Assembly: GCA_937879955.1 (NCBI GenBank)
Contig: CALFMK010000001.1
Coordinates: 5,461 to 69,460, forward strand
Reading direction: 5' to 3'
DNA: 64,000 nucleotides
Source of the DNA: an uncultured bacterium
Lineage (GTDB): Bacteria > Patescibacteriota > Minisyncoccia > Phycocordibacterales > Phycocordibacteraceae
The translations under genes and the position numbers were made by a program. Shown here one piece after another: positions 8,524 through 16,849 of this stretch. The notes below the pieces were generated by a model, which was given only the letters and a program-made list of their open reading frames with translations, was not told where the DNA came from and ran no database searches. Within the stretch, counting starts at the first letter, position 1; the number at the start of each line of letters is the position of its first letter.

Positions 8524-9003
8524 CTAGCTGAACTTCAGCATTTTCGTTTCTAAATTTTCCAGCAATATCTGATAACGCGCATCGAGAGGATTTAACTTGT
8601 AACGTATTTGACGTATAACGATTTTGTATAATTTCCCAACTTGCCCTCGCGTTTCTATACGAATACGGAAGGCTGCTGTCATTCCTGTTGGTATCTTGCA
8701 GTAAACTATCGTGCCTAGGGCAACTTGAGTTATGTTCTCTCCTCGGCATGAAATATCAGTTTTTAATATTGAACTCTGAGCCGTTCCTTCAATCTGATAT
8801 ACAAAACCGGTTGGCTTCTTGCCCGAGGCAACCGAAAGAGGAACGTATAGATCTTTCCGAGGAGCAGTTATGTTAATGATAAATATAAAATTCCCGATTA
8901 CGCGGTCAGGTCCATTAGGAATTCGCGTTCTCCTAAGATTCTCTTCAGTGTCTTTAATATCGACCAAGACATCTTTCTCCGGTGGAATGATTGGTTTATC
9001 CAT
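8524..9003 (-). CDS. hypothetical protein (low-GC island)
   Basis: 159-aa ORF co-oriented with and immediately upstream of the RHH gene. I recognise no motif. Confidence 0.5.
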   Translation of the reverse strand: MDKPIIPPEKDVLVDIKDTEENLRRTRIPNGPDRVIGNFIFIINITAPRKDLYVPLSVASGKKPTGFVYQIEGTAQSSILKTDISCRGENITQVALGTIVYCKIPTGMTAAFRIRIETRGQVGKLYKIVIRQIRYKLNPLDARYQILLENLETKMLKFS

Positions 9004-9116
9004 ATAATCAGATAGCTCTTTGTATAAGATCAGTATGGGTTTAGGAATATGAAAAATATCTCAAAATTGCATAAAGTAATTATGGAGACAGTGGCAGAAA
9101 GCTGATCTAGTCACTT

Positions 9117-9148
9117 CGAAAAGAAGCACCGGACCACATGTCCGGTGC
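9117..9148 (-). terminator. intrinsic terminator (minus strand) after the 9182-9484 gene
   Basis: GCACCGGAC-ATGTG-GTCCGGTGC on the minus strand, followed by TTCTTTTCG. Confidence 0.6.
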
Positions 9149-9181
9149 TAACTAATATGAATCCTATAAGAAAGAGGCAAA

Positions 9182-9484
9182 TTACTTCTTACCCCAGCGC
9201 CATGATGGCTCTTCGCCAAAGCGTAGGCAGATCCGGTAGAGGGAATAGGAAAGAAGGGCGATAACGCCTGTGAACTCTAAGACTCCGAAAATGATGTCCC
9301 GGGCCCCTACATGGCTCTCGACCGCGGCACCGACCCATCCGAAGAATATAAGGAAGGCGAAGGTGAAGAGGAGGGCATAGAAGACCGTCACGGCCCATCC
9401 CTGCCATGAGACAGGGAACCAGCCCCACCCGAATTCCTTCGCCCGGAACCACAGCTTCCGGGCCTTCCTTTTGTGTTCGCTCAT
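9182..9484 (-). CDS. small integral membrane protein
   Basis: 100 aa with two or three hydrophobic helices (WAVTVFYALLFTFAFLIFFGWVGAAV, IIFGVLEFTGVIALLSYSLY). Confidence 0.6.
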   Translation of the reverse strand: MSEHKRKARKLWFRAKEFGWGWFPVSWQGWAVTVFYALLFTFAFLIFFGWVGAAVESHVGARDIIFGVLEFTGVIALLSYSLYRICLRFGEEPSWRWGKK

Positions 9485-9643
9485 GGGCTTATAATACTGT
9501 AAATAGGCCGTTTTATCCAGGCTTGACTCCTAAAAATGAGGGTCTCCTGAACATGAAGAATTGGCTTTCCACGTCTTGACAGTGGTTGTCAACCCTGCTA
9601 CTATGGGCCTTGTCAGGCCGTCCGCAAGGGCGGTCTTTCATTT

Positions 9644-10258
9644 ATGCCAGTTATTGCAGTAGTAGCCCTTATGGGCTTCCTGTTTTTACCGGGTAGCGCA
9701 GGAGCGCCGGCACAAGCGGAGACGATTTCCGCGCCGGTCGCGATAGCGGGGGCGGCTGAAGAGCCTTCCAAACGCCTGGCCACCTCGAAAGAGGCGGCCC
9801 GGACCTACCAGGTAAGTATGACCGCTTACAATGCCGTTCCCGGCCAGACGGATGCCAACCCATTCGTCACCGCGAGCGGCATGGCCTCGAATCACGAGGT
9901 TGTGGCTGCGCGATCGCGCGATATGGCGGCTGAACTCCCGTTCGGCACCGTCATACGCTTCGAGCGCTCGACGAAGGACACGCCTTCGTGCCGTTTCGGC
10001 GAAGTCGAGCACTTGATGGGGTACCGCATCATCGCGGACACCATGCATGAGCGCTGGAGCCACAAGGTGGACGTGCTCTTCGACCAGACCGATACGGTCA
10101 TGGTCGAGGGACGCATCGTCAACCCGGCGCTCGCCCTCGGTATCTGCGACGACGTGACGATCACGGTCGTGGGAACTGTCGATATGACGGATCCGCCGAC
10201 CACGCAGGCCGAGCTCGCGGCGATGTTCGCCACGCCGACCTACGCGATAGCGAAATAA
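9644..10258 (+). CDS. secreted 3D-domain (RlpA/MltA-like double-psi beta-barrel) cell-wall protein
   Basis: Signal peptide, then YQVSMTAYNAVPGQTDANPFVTASG, the hallmark of 3D-domain proteins. TTGACA-N17-TACTAT promoter at about 9583-9611. Confidence 0.75.
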   Translation: MPVIAVVALMGFLFLPGSAGAPAQAETISAPVAIAGAAEEPSKRLATSKEAARTYQVSMTAYNAVPGQTDANPFVTASGMASNHEVVAARSRDMAAELPFGTVIRFERSTKDTPSCRFGEVEHLMGYRIIADTMHERWSHKVDVLFDQTDTVMVEGRIVNPALALGICDDVTITVVGTVDMTDPPTTQAELAAMFATPTYAIAK

Positions 10259-10330
10259 ATGAATCTCCTTCATGAAGAGTCCTGCTCGTAAGAGCCGGGC
10301 TCTTCTTACGTTTGGTATACTGAACCCAGT

Positions 10331-11578
10331 ATGAACATCACCCCGAAGATCCTCGTCGCAGCCGCGCTCATGGCGACGTTCGCGGTCGCAGGCGCTATGC
10401 CCGCTACCGCGCTCGCGGCAAGTAGCAGGTCCTCCTCAAAATCCTCGATAGAGATATCGGGATGGATCCCGTACTGGAGGACGGAGCTCGGCACGAAGGA
10501 CGCGAAGGCGCACATCTCGCAGATGGCAGAGGTGAACCCGTTCGGCTACACGGTGACGAGTACCGGGAATCTGAACGACGCCATGAAGATCGGCGGCGCC
10601 GACTGGCAGAGCCTCATCGCAGCCGCGAAGAAGAAGGGCGTGAAGGTCATCCCGACGGTCATGTGGAGCGATACGGCGTCCATCTATAGCGTCCTCTCGA
10701 ACCCGGTCACGCGCGCGTCGCACGTGAAGGCTATCGCGAAGGCCGTTAAGGACAACGGCTTCGACGGCATCGACATCGACTACGAAGGCAAGACCGCGGA
10801 GACCCGCGTCTACTTCTCTGCGTTCCTCGCCGAGCTCAAGGCCGAGCTCGGCCGCAGCAAGCAGCTCGACTGCACCATCGAGGCCCGCATGCCGCTCGAG
10901 GCGCGCTTCTCGGGAACTCCTCCGGCGAACATCGAGTACGCGAACGACCTCCCGGAGATCAACAAGAGCTGCGATCGCGTGCGCATCATGACCTACGACC
11001 AGCAGACCGCAGACCTGCAGCTGAACGCATCGGCACGCCGCGCAGGCGAGATCTATGCGCCTGTGGCGGACGTGAAGTGGGTGGAGAAGGTCGTTGAGTA
11101 CATGGGCAAGGATATCGACAAGAAGAAGATGGTCCTCGGCGTCCCGACGTACGGCTATATCTACCAGATCATGCCGAACTCGGATGGCAGCGGCTACGGC
11201 TACACGAAGCTCGAGGCCTTCAATCCGGCGTACGCGACGCAGCTCGCGAAGGAGCTCGGCATCACGCCGGAGCGCAACCGCGCGGGCGAGATGTCCTTCA
11301 GCTACGTGCCGAAGGACCAGCCGGCCTCGCTCCCGACGCAGAGCGCGCTCTCGCGGCTCGCGCCGCGGAGCACCTCGTCGGCGAGCCTCGCTGCCGCAGG
11401 TGCCCTCGCGCTTGCGAAGAGCAAGAAGCAGCAGGCCCCGTTCGAGTACATCACCTGGAGCGACGCGGGCGCGATCAAGCAGAAGGTGGACCTCGCGAAG
11501 AAGATGAAGCTCGCGGGCGTGGCGGTCTTCAAGATCGACGGAGGATCCGACCCGAAGATGTGGGACGTGCTGAAGTAG
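10331..11578 (+). CDS. secreted glycoside hydrolase family 18 protein
   Basis: Signal peptide and the GH18 catalytic motif FDGIDIDYEG. TATACT lies 9 nt upstream of the ATG. Confidence 0.85.
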   Translation: MNITPKILVAAALMATFAVAGAMPATALAASSRSSSKSSIEISGWIPYWRTELGTKDAKAHISQMAEVNPFGYTVTSTGNLNDAMKIGGADWQSLIAAAKKKGVKVIPTVMWSDTASIYSVLSNPVTRASHVKAIAKAVKDNGFDGIDIDYEGKTAETRVYFSAFLAELKAELGRSKQLDCTIEARMPLEARFSGTPPANIEYANDLPEINKSCDRVRIMTYDQQTADLQLNASARRAGEIYAPVADVKWVEKVVEYMGKDIDKKKMVLGVPTYGYIYQIMPNSDGSGYGYTKLEAFNPAYATQLAKELGITPERNRAGEMSFSYVPKDQPASLPTQSALSRLAPRSTSSASLAAAGALALAKSKKQQAPFEYITWSDAGAIKQKVDLAKKMKLAGVAVFKIDGGSDPKMWDVLK

Positions 11579-11622
11579 AACGTGAGACACGAGAAAAGCC
11601 CCTGCGCGAGCGGGGGCTTTTC

Positions 11623-11970
11623 CTATTCCGTCGTTTGCTGGATGTCCTGCGTCTGTTCGTCGAGCATGTCGATGAGTGCGGCGTAATAGGTCGGACGCGT
11701 AGCAACCTTCTCTTCCGTAGCTGCGTTAATCGCGCGTATCGCGTCCTCGAGCGTGAATCCGGCAATAGCGGCCCGCGTCTCTTCCTTGCGTGCATCGCTC
11801 CAGAGGGACATATCGGCGCCGGGCCCGTACGTCTCGCCGACCATTCGTCGCACGCTCGCTTCCTTCGCCATGTCCAGAGCGCCGGTCTCTGCGGCCGGAC
11901 TCTCGGAGAGGTTGTCATTCGCTGCGGCATTCGGGAACTGCAGGATCTTTCCGAACGGTCTTCCTTCCAT
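11623..11970 (-). CDS. hypothetical protein
   Basis: Track ORF 11623-12060 trimmed to the internal ATG (MEGRPFGKILQFPN...) because the upstream part overlaps the VanY gene. TAGGAT lies 10 nt upstream. Confidence 0.5.
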   Translation of the reverse strand: MEGRPFGKILQFPNAAANDNLSESPAAETGALDMAKEASVRRMVGETYGPGADMSLWSDARKEETRAAIAGFTLEDAIRAINAATEEKVATRPTYYAALIDMLDEQTQDIQQTTE

Positions 11971-11992
11971 GGGTATGTAAATCCTAGTAGTG

Positions 11993-12874
11993 CTAATCGA
12001 ACAGCTCCGCAAGGTACTCGTCGATGGTGCGCTGGTCGAGGTCGTAGAACCACGCGTCATCGTCGTGCAGCCGCTCGGCGAGGTCCCTGCCTACGAAGCG
12101 CCAGTGCCACGGCTCGTACTGGTAGTACGTGTTGCCCTTGGGGTAGGAGAGCACAAAGCCGTACTTCCAGGCGTTCTTCGTGAGCCATTCGTACTCCTCG
12201 GTCTTGTCGAAGCCAGCGAACGTTCCGCCCACCGTCGTCGTCGTGAAGTCGACGGCGGTGCCGAGCTGGTGCTCGGAGTAGCCCTGATCTGCGGAGAACG
12301 AATTGGCTCCGGACCCGTACTTCACGGTGTAGCCGGACTTGAGCGACGCCTGGTTCGCGAACGAGCGGTACGAGGACGCCACCTTGAGGTCGAGGCCGTC
12401 CTCCTTCGCGTCGTCGAGCAGGTCCTCGAGGAACGGGTCTACGTCGGCATGTATCTCGTACGCGCGTCCCTCCTGGAACGCGTACGCGGCATCGATAACG
12501 GTCAGTCTCGACGGGACGTAGTTCTCGTTCAGGAAGTAGACCTTCGAGTACTTCGCGAGCAGCTCGGGATCGGTCTTCGCGAGCTTCTCGAGGGTCCCTA
12601 CGGTCCCCGAGAGGTCCTTGAGCTGGCTCTCGAACTTACCGTTCTTCTGCTGCTCGCGCCGGAGCTCCCCGGCGAGGCTGATGCTCTCCTCGGTCTTCTC
12701 GCCGAGCTTTCCGGTAAGCTCGGCCTCCTTCGCCTCGGCCGTCGCACGGGCCTCGGTAAGCGCGCTCTTCGCCGCCGCCAGCTCTGACGAGAGGGAATAG
12801 AGGCCGTACATCGCGAACCCTGCGAGCGCGAGGACGACGAGGCCGATGAGTGCGAGAAGGGTGCTGCGGGACAT
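11993..12874 (-). CDS. D-alanyl-D-alanine carboxypeptidase, VanY/M15B family, membrane-anchored with coiled coil
   Basis: N-terminal TM helix, a coiled-coil segment, then M15B motifs SSYRSFANQ, SEHQLGTAVD and EPWHWRF. Confidence 0.85.
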   Translation of the reverse strand: MSRSTLLALIGLVVLALAGFAMYGLYSLSSELAAAKSALTEARATAEAKEAELTGKLGEKTEESISLAGELRREQQKNGKFESQLKDLSGTVGTLEKLAKTDPELLAKYSKVYFLNENYVPSRLTVIDAAYAFQEGRAYEIHADVDPFLEDLLDDAKEDGLDLKVASSYRSFANQASLKSGYTVKYGSGANSFSADQGYSEHQLGTAVDFTTTTVGGTFAGFDKTEEYEWLTKNAWKYGFVLSYPKGNTYYQYEPWHWRFVGRDLAERLHDDDAWFYDLDQRTIDEYLAELFD

Positions 12875-12897
12875 ATGGCTATTCTCTCACAGGTCCC

Positions 12898-14979
12898 CTA
12901 TGCGCGCTCGATAGTAGCGAGAATCTCCTCGATCTCAGCGAGCCCCGCCGGCTTCGTGAGATGGTGGTCGAACCCGGCCTTCCGGGCCTTCTGTATGTCG
13001 GATTCCTGGCCGTAGCCGGTGAGTGCGACGAGCGTCGCGGCGAACCCATCAGCGCGGAGCGCCGTCGCGACCTCGTAGCCCTCCATGTCCGGCAGGCCGA
13101 TGTCGAGCAGGATCACGTCAGGACGGAACGCGGGCGCGCGGGCGATAGCCTCCTCGCCGGTATATGCGGTTTCGGTACGGTTCCCGCGGAGCGTGAGGAG
13201 CTTCGCGAGCGCGTCGGCCGCGGCGCGGTTGTCGTCCACGACGAGGATGCGGAACCCGTCACGCGCCTTTGGCGCTGCTACGGCCCGTGCCCGCACCCCG
13301 ACGGCTCCCTCCTGCGGGAGCGGGATGCGGACGGTGAACCGGCTCCCGTGTCCGGGCCCGTCGCTCTCGGCCTCGATCGTGCCGTCGTGCATCTCCACCA
13401 GGTTCTTGGTAAGCGAGAGGCCGATGCCGAGACCTGCGTGCATCTTGCCGGGCTGCTCGATCTGGAAGAACGGTTCGAAGACGTGCGCAAGGAGCGCGGC
13501 GTCCATGCCGATGCCGGTGTCCGTCACCGTGACGACGGCCTCGGTCCCGTCCGTGCGTGCCACGAGCTCGATACGGCCTCCGGGCTCGGTGTACTTCGCC
13601 GCGTTGTTGAGGAGGTTCACGAACACCTGCTCGAGACGCACGGGATCGGCCTCGAGGCGGATCGCCTCGTCCGGCATGTCGATCGAGAGCTCGTGCTTGA
13701 GGGACGCCATGAGCGGCGCCACGGTACGCTGGCTCCTTGCGAGCACGGTCTGGAGGTCGATGTGCTCCTTCTGGAGGGAGAGCTTCTCGCGGGTGATGCG
13801 CGAGATGTCGAGCAGGTCGTCGAGGAGATGCCGCATGGTCTTCAGGTGGTCGGTCATGCCTTCGGCGAGCTCGCTCGAGCGAGCGGCATCCGGCCGCTCG
13901 AGCTTCATGATCTCGAGCGAGGACATGAGCGGGGCGAGCGGGTTGCGCAGCTCGTGCGCGAGGGTGGCGATGAAGCGGCTCTTCGCCTCGTCCTCACGGC
14001 GGATCCGCTCCACGGCGTCCTCGAGCCTGCGCACGTTGTCGCGCAGGACGTTCGCGGTGTCCTTGCGCTCCTCCGCGATGGAGACGAGCACGAGGAATAT
14101 GAGGGAGAGCACGATCACGAATATCTCGGTCTGCAGGAGGTCGTATCCGAGCGTCCCTGTACCGGACGCGAGGCTGAGGAACGCGGTGCCGCCGAGCGCG
14201 AGCGCGGCGTTCAGGAAGAGCGCGAGCGTCATGAAGCGCGGGCCGATGCGCAGCGCGATCCAGAGGAACGGGATGAGGATAAGGTATACGAGCGGCACCT
14301 GCGCGATCTCGCGGTATGGGGTCCAGTACAGGAGGAGGCCGGTCCCGACGACGGCCGCTATCGCGACCCAGGCCTCGACGAGCTCGCCCTTCGTGCGCTG
14401 GAACCTGAAGCGCGGCAGCCACTTGATGAGGAGCGGCGTCACGACGAGCATGGAGAGGATGTGCCCGATCCACCACGGGATGAAGGTACCCATGAGGCCG
14501 CGGGGCATGGCGCGCTCGGCCAGGGTGAAGGTGAGGGTTCCGAGCGCCGGGATGAGGATGGTGACGAAGAGCGCGACGAACACGAACATGAGGGTGTCGG
14601 GAGCCTTCGAGAAGGTGTTGCGGTATCCGAGCTTCCGGAGGAGCCAGGTGCCCACGCTTGCCTGTATGGCGTTCGCCGCCGCAAGCCCGAGCGCCACGAA
14701 CAGCACGCTCCCGTTCAGGAGCTGGTGCGCGAGAGCTGCCAGGAATACCGCAGGCCAGAGCGCGATGCCGCCGAGGAGGAGTCCGCCGAGCGCGATGCCG
14801 GATGCCGGCCAGATGAGGGCCGGGGCGGTCGGGACGGAGGAATAGATATGCGAGAAGACCTGGGCGCAGAACAGGTACGCGCAGAACAGCAGCGCCATGT
14901 AGAGGAGCGACCGTCCGGAATAGGGGAAGCGAGGCATAGACGGGTGGATGGCGTTCTCCCTAGGATACATTCTTTTCAT
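12898..14979 (-). CDS. hybrid sensor histidine kinase (multi-TM MASE1-like sensor, HisKA, HATPase, C-terminal receiver)
   Basis: About 300 aa of TM helices. H-box LAHELRNPLAPL. ATP-lid boxes NLLNNAAKYT, DTGIGM and GLGIGL. Receiver ILVVDDN..ILLDIGLPDMEG..LTKP. Start could be an internal Met (14970 or 14937). Confidence 0.85.
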   Translation of the reverse strand: MKRMYPRENAIHPSMPRFPYSGRSLLYMALLFCAYLFCAQVFSHIYSSVPTAPALIWPASGIALGGLLLGGIALWPAVFLAALAHQLLNGSVLFVALGLAAANAIQASVGTWLLRKLGYRNTFSKAPDTLMFVFVALFVTILIPALGTLTFTLAERAMPRGLMGTFIPWWIGHILSMLVVTPLLIKWLPRFRFQRTKGELVEAWVAIAAVVGTGLLLYWTPYREIAQVPLVYLILIPFLWIALRIGPRFMTLALFLNAALALGGTAFLSLASGTGTLGYDLLQTEIFVIVLSLIFLVLVSIAEERKDTANVLRDNVRRLEDAVERIRREDEAKSRFIATLAHELRNPLAPLMSSLEIMKLERPDAARSSELAEGMTDHLKTMRHLLDDLLDISRITREKLSLQKEHIDLQTVLARSQRTVAPLMASLKHELSIDMPDEAIRLEADPVRLEQVFVNLLNNAAKYTEPGGRIELVARTDGTEAVVTVTDTGIGMDAALLAHVFEPFFQIEQPGKMHAGLGIGLSLTKNLVEMHDGTIEAESDGPGHGSRFTVRIPLPQEGAVGVRARAVAAPKARDGFRILVVDDNRAAADALAKLLTLRGNRTETAYTGEEAIARAPAFRPDVILLDIGLPDMEGYEVATALRADGFAATLVALTGYGQESDIQKARKAGFDHHLTKPAGLAEIEEILATIERA

Positions 14980-14996
14980 GAAGCCTACATGAAAGG
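14977..14996. promoter_or_regulatory. second copy of the CATGAAG direct-repeat box (CATGAAGCCTACATGAAAGG)
   Basis: 17/20 identity and the same orientation as 1051-1070. Lies at the 5' end of the hybrid kinase gene, in the divergent region shared with the SET gene. Confidence 0.4.
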
Positions 14997-15044
14997 CCCG
15001 CGCCTTGCTACGGAGCCGTGCTTCGCCGTACTATGGGCTCCACT

Positions 15045-15455
15045 ATGACAGCAAAAGGAAAGTACGTACCCGGCGAGTGGACGCTCGCCGTGAAGCGGTC
15101 GAGCGCCGGCCTCGGCCTGTTCGCGGGCGAGCGCATCCCGAAGGGCGCCTGCGTCATCGAGTATGTCGGACGCACGGTATCGAAGGAGGAGAGCGAGACG
15201 AGCAAGAGCAAGTACCTCTTCGAGATCTCGAAGAACAAGACCATCGACGGGAAGCCGAAGATAAACAAGGCGGGGTACATCAACCATGCCTGCAATCCGA
15301 ACTGCGAGACGGAGATAGCGAAAGGCCGCATCTTCGTGATGGCGATCAAGGACATAAAGCCCGGAGACGAACTCACCTACGACTACGGGAAGGAGTACTG
15401 CCTCGAGCACTGCGTCCCGTGCCGCTGCAGCGCGAAGAAGCACCTGTACGGATAG
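15045..15455 (+). CDS. SET-domain protein (putative lysine methyltransferase)
   Basis: GLGLFAGERIPKGACVIEYVG, NHACNPNC, ELTYDY and a Cys-rich tail CLEHCVPCRC. Start set to the ATG at 15045, 10 nt after TACTAT. The track start at 15018 is in the same frame. Confidence 0.8.
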   Translation: MTAKGKYVPGEWTLAVKRSSAGLGLFAGERIPKGACVIEYVGRTVSKEESETSKSKYLFEISKNKTIDGKPKINKAGYINHACNPNCETEIAKGRIFVMAIKDIKPGDELTYDYGKEYCLEHCVPCRCSAKKHLYG

Positions 15456-15468
15456 GTGCCGCGCATGA

Positions 15469-15500
15469 GGAACCCGCGCTTCGCGTGAAGCGCGGGTTCC
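15469..15500 (+). terminator. perfect 14-bp hairpin after the SET gene
   Basis: GGAACCCGCGCTTC-GCGT-GAAGCGCGGGTTCC. No clear U-tract. Confidence 0.45.
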
Positions 15501-15516
15501 GTGCTAGCGTACTCCC

Positions 15517-15741
15517 ATGTACGTGAAAGCGAGAGTACAGGCCGGTGCGAAGGCCGAGTCCCTCCGGCAGGTCTCTGATACGCATTTCGCGATAGCGGTC
15601 AGGGAGAAGGCGGAGCGGAACGAGGCGAACCTGCGGGTGATCGCGCTTGTCGCCGGCCACTTCGGCGTTCCTGCGGGGAAGGTGCGGATCGTGAACGGGC
15701 ATCGAAGCCCGTCGAAGCTCCTCTCCGTCGATACGGACTAG
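15517..15741 (+). CDS. DUF167/YggU-family protein
   Basis: 74 aa. KARVQAGAKAESL...AERNEANLRVIALVAGHFGVPAGKVRIVNGHRSPSK matches the YggU pattern as I remember it. Confidence 0.75.
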   Translation: MYVKARVQAGAKAESLRQVSDTHFAIAVREKAERNEANLRVIALVAGHFGVPAGKVRIVNGHRSPSKLLSVDTD

Positions 15742-16346
15742 CGGATGCGGACGTTCTTCGCGATCGCGCGGACGGTCTCCTCGTCTGCCTCGTCCGCCGA
15801 GAGGTTGAGCGGCGCGCCGATAACGAGCATCTTCGTTGCGGAGGCGCCCGTCGAGAGGACGAACGCGTAGTACGGGCCCTTCTCGACCTCCGTGACGCTT
15901 CCGGTGGCGAGGTCCTTGAGTTCGCCCTTCAGGTAGAGCTCGTAGCCGCTCGCGCCCATGTCCGAGACGAAGGGCGACAGCCGGGTCACGCCCGTGCAGG
16001 AGAAGGAGGCGTCAGGACCGTCTGCGGCGCAGAGGTTCGCGAGCTCGCGCACGGCTGCGTCCGTGAAGGACTCGCCCTCCTTTCCTTCGATGACCTGCAC
16101 GCGCACGTCGGCGACGCTATCGATGCCGCCTTCGATGAGGTGTCCGATCGACGCGATGTCATCGGTGTACTCGAGGATGTCGAGGTCTGCCGGATAGGCG
16201 AGGGAGTATCCGTGATCCGCGTTCTCGTACGCGGTCTCAGGCACCTCCTCCGGCGCAGGCGCGTTCGCCTTCAGGTTGAAGATGAAGCCGCCGAGCGCGA
16301 TGACGAATACGATGCAGATGGCGACGGAGAGGATGCGGTTCAGCAT
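15738..16346 (-). CDS. membrane-anchored/secreted hypothetical protein
   Basis: N-terminal hydrophobic anchor MLNRILSVAICIVFVIALGGFIF. GC-rich codon third positions. Confidence 0.6.
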   Translation of the reverse strand: MLNRILSVAICIVFVIALGGFIFNLKANAPAPEEVPETAYENADHGYSLAYPADLDILEYTDDIASIGHLIEGGIDSVADVRVQVIEGKEGESFTDAAVRELANLCAADGPDASFSCTGVTRLSPFVSDMGASGYELYLKGELKDLATGSVTEVEKGPYYAFVLSTGASATKMLVIGAPLNLSADEADEETVRAIAKNVRIR

Positions 16347-16391
16347 GGATAGGGATTTAGTGCTATGCCGCGAGTATACCGCGGGGCTGTA

Positions 16392-16793
16392 TCAGCGTGC
16401 CACGACGGCGTAGCAGAGCTGCTTGTGCCCGCAGCTTGCCGTCGGCATGATAGAGCCGCTCCTCACGGCATCAGCGAGCTCCGTGCGCGTCGCAGGGATC
16501 GTGAGAGGGATCTGGCACGTGCCATCGTCCGTGCTGGACCAAGTGCCGTTCGCGAGGATGCAGTCGTACTCAGTCTTCGTTTCGCGGCTGAACTCGTAGT
16601 GTCCGGTACCGGACACCTGATCTCCCGTAACATCGAGGGTGCCGGCATAGGTCCGGCCTCCGCCTGAGCTCGTGAGGTCCGCGCTCAGGGTCATGACGAA
16701 CGAGCGGGGAAGGCCGTCGCCCCTGAGGACGACCGCGGCGAGCACGCCGAGCGCGAGGCAGGCGAGGACGATGAGCGGAATGAGTCTCTTCAT
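16392..16793 (-). CDS. secreted hypothetical protein
   Basis: Signal/anchor MKRLIPLIVLACLALGVLAAVVL. 133 aa. Confidence 0.6.
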   Translation of the reverse strand: MKRLIPLIVLACLALGVLAAVVLRGDGLPRSFVMTLSADLTSSGGGRTYAGTLDVTGDQVSGTGHYEFSRETKTEYDCILANGTWSSTDDGTCQIPLTIPATRTELADAVRSGSIMPTASCGHKQLCYAVVAR

Positions 16794-16822
16794 GGCGACA
16801 ATGGTACCGCGTATACGAAGAA

Positions 16823-16845
16823 AGCGCCCTCTGGGGGGCGCTTTT
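16823..16845. terminator. bidirectional hairpin terminator
   Basis: AGCGCCC-TCTGGG-GGGCGCT flanked by an A-run and a T-run. Confidence 0.55.
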
Positions 16846-16849
16846 CCTG

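Noticed and set aside
10259-10277. Third copy of the CATGAAG direct-repeat box (AATGAATCTCCTTCATGAAG) upstream of the GH18 gene.
   Set aside because: Half-site spacing is 13 rather than 11 bp, the first half-site is degenerate, and the orientation relative to the gene is opposite. Probably a chance match overlapping the terminator region of the 3D-domain gene.
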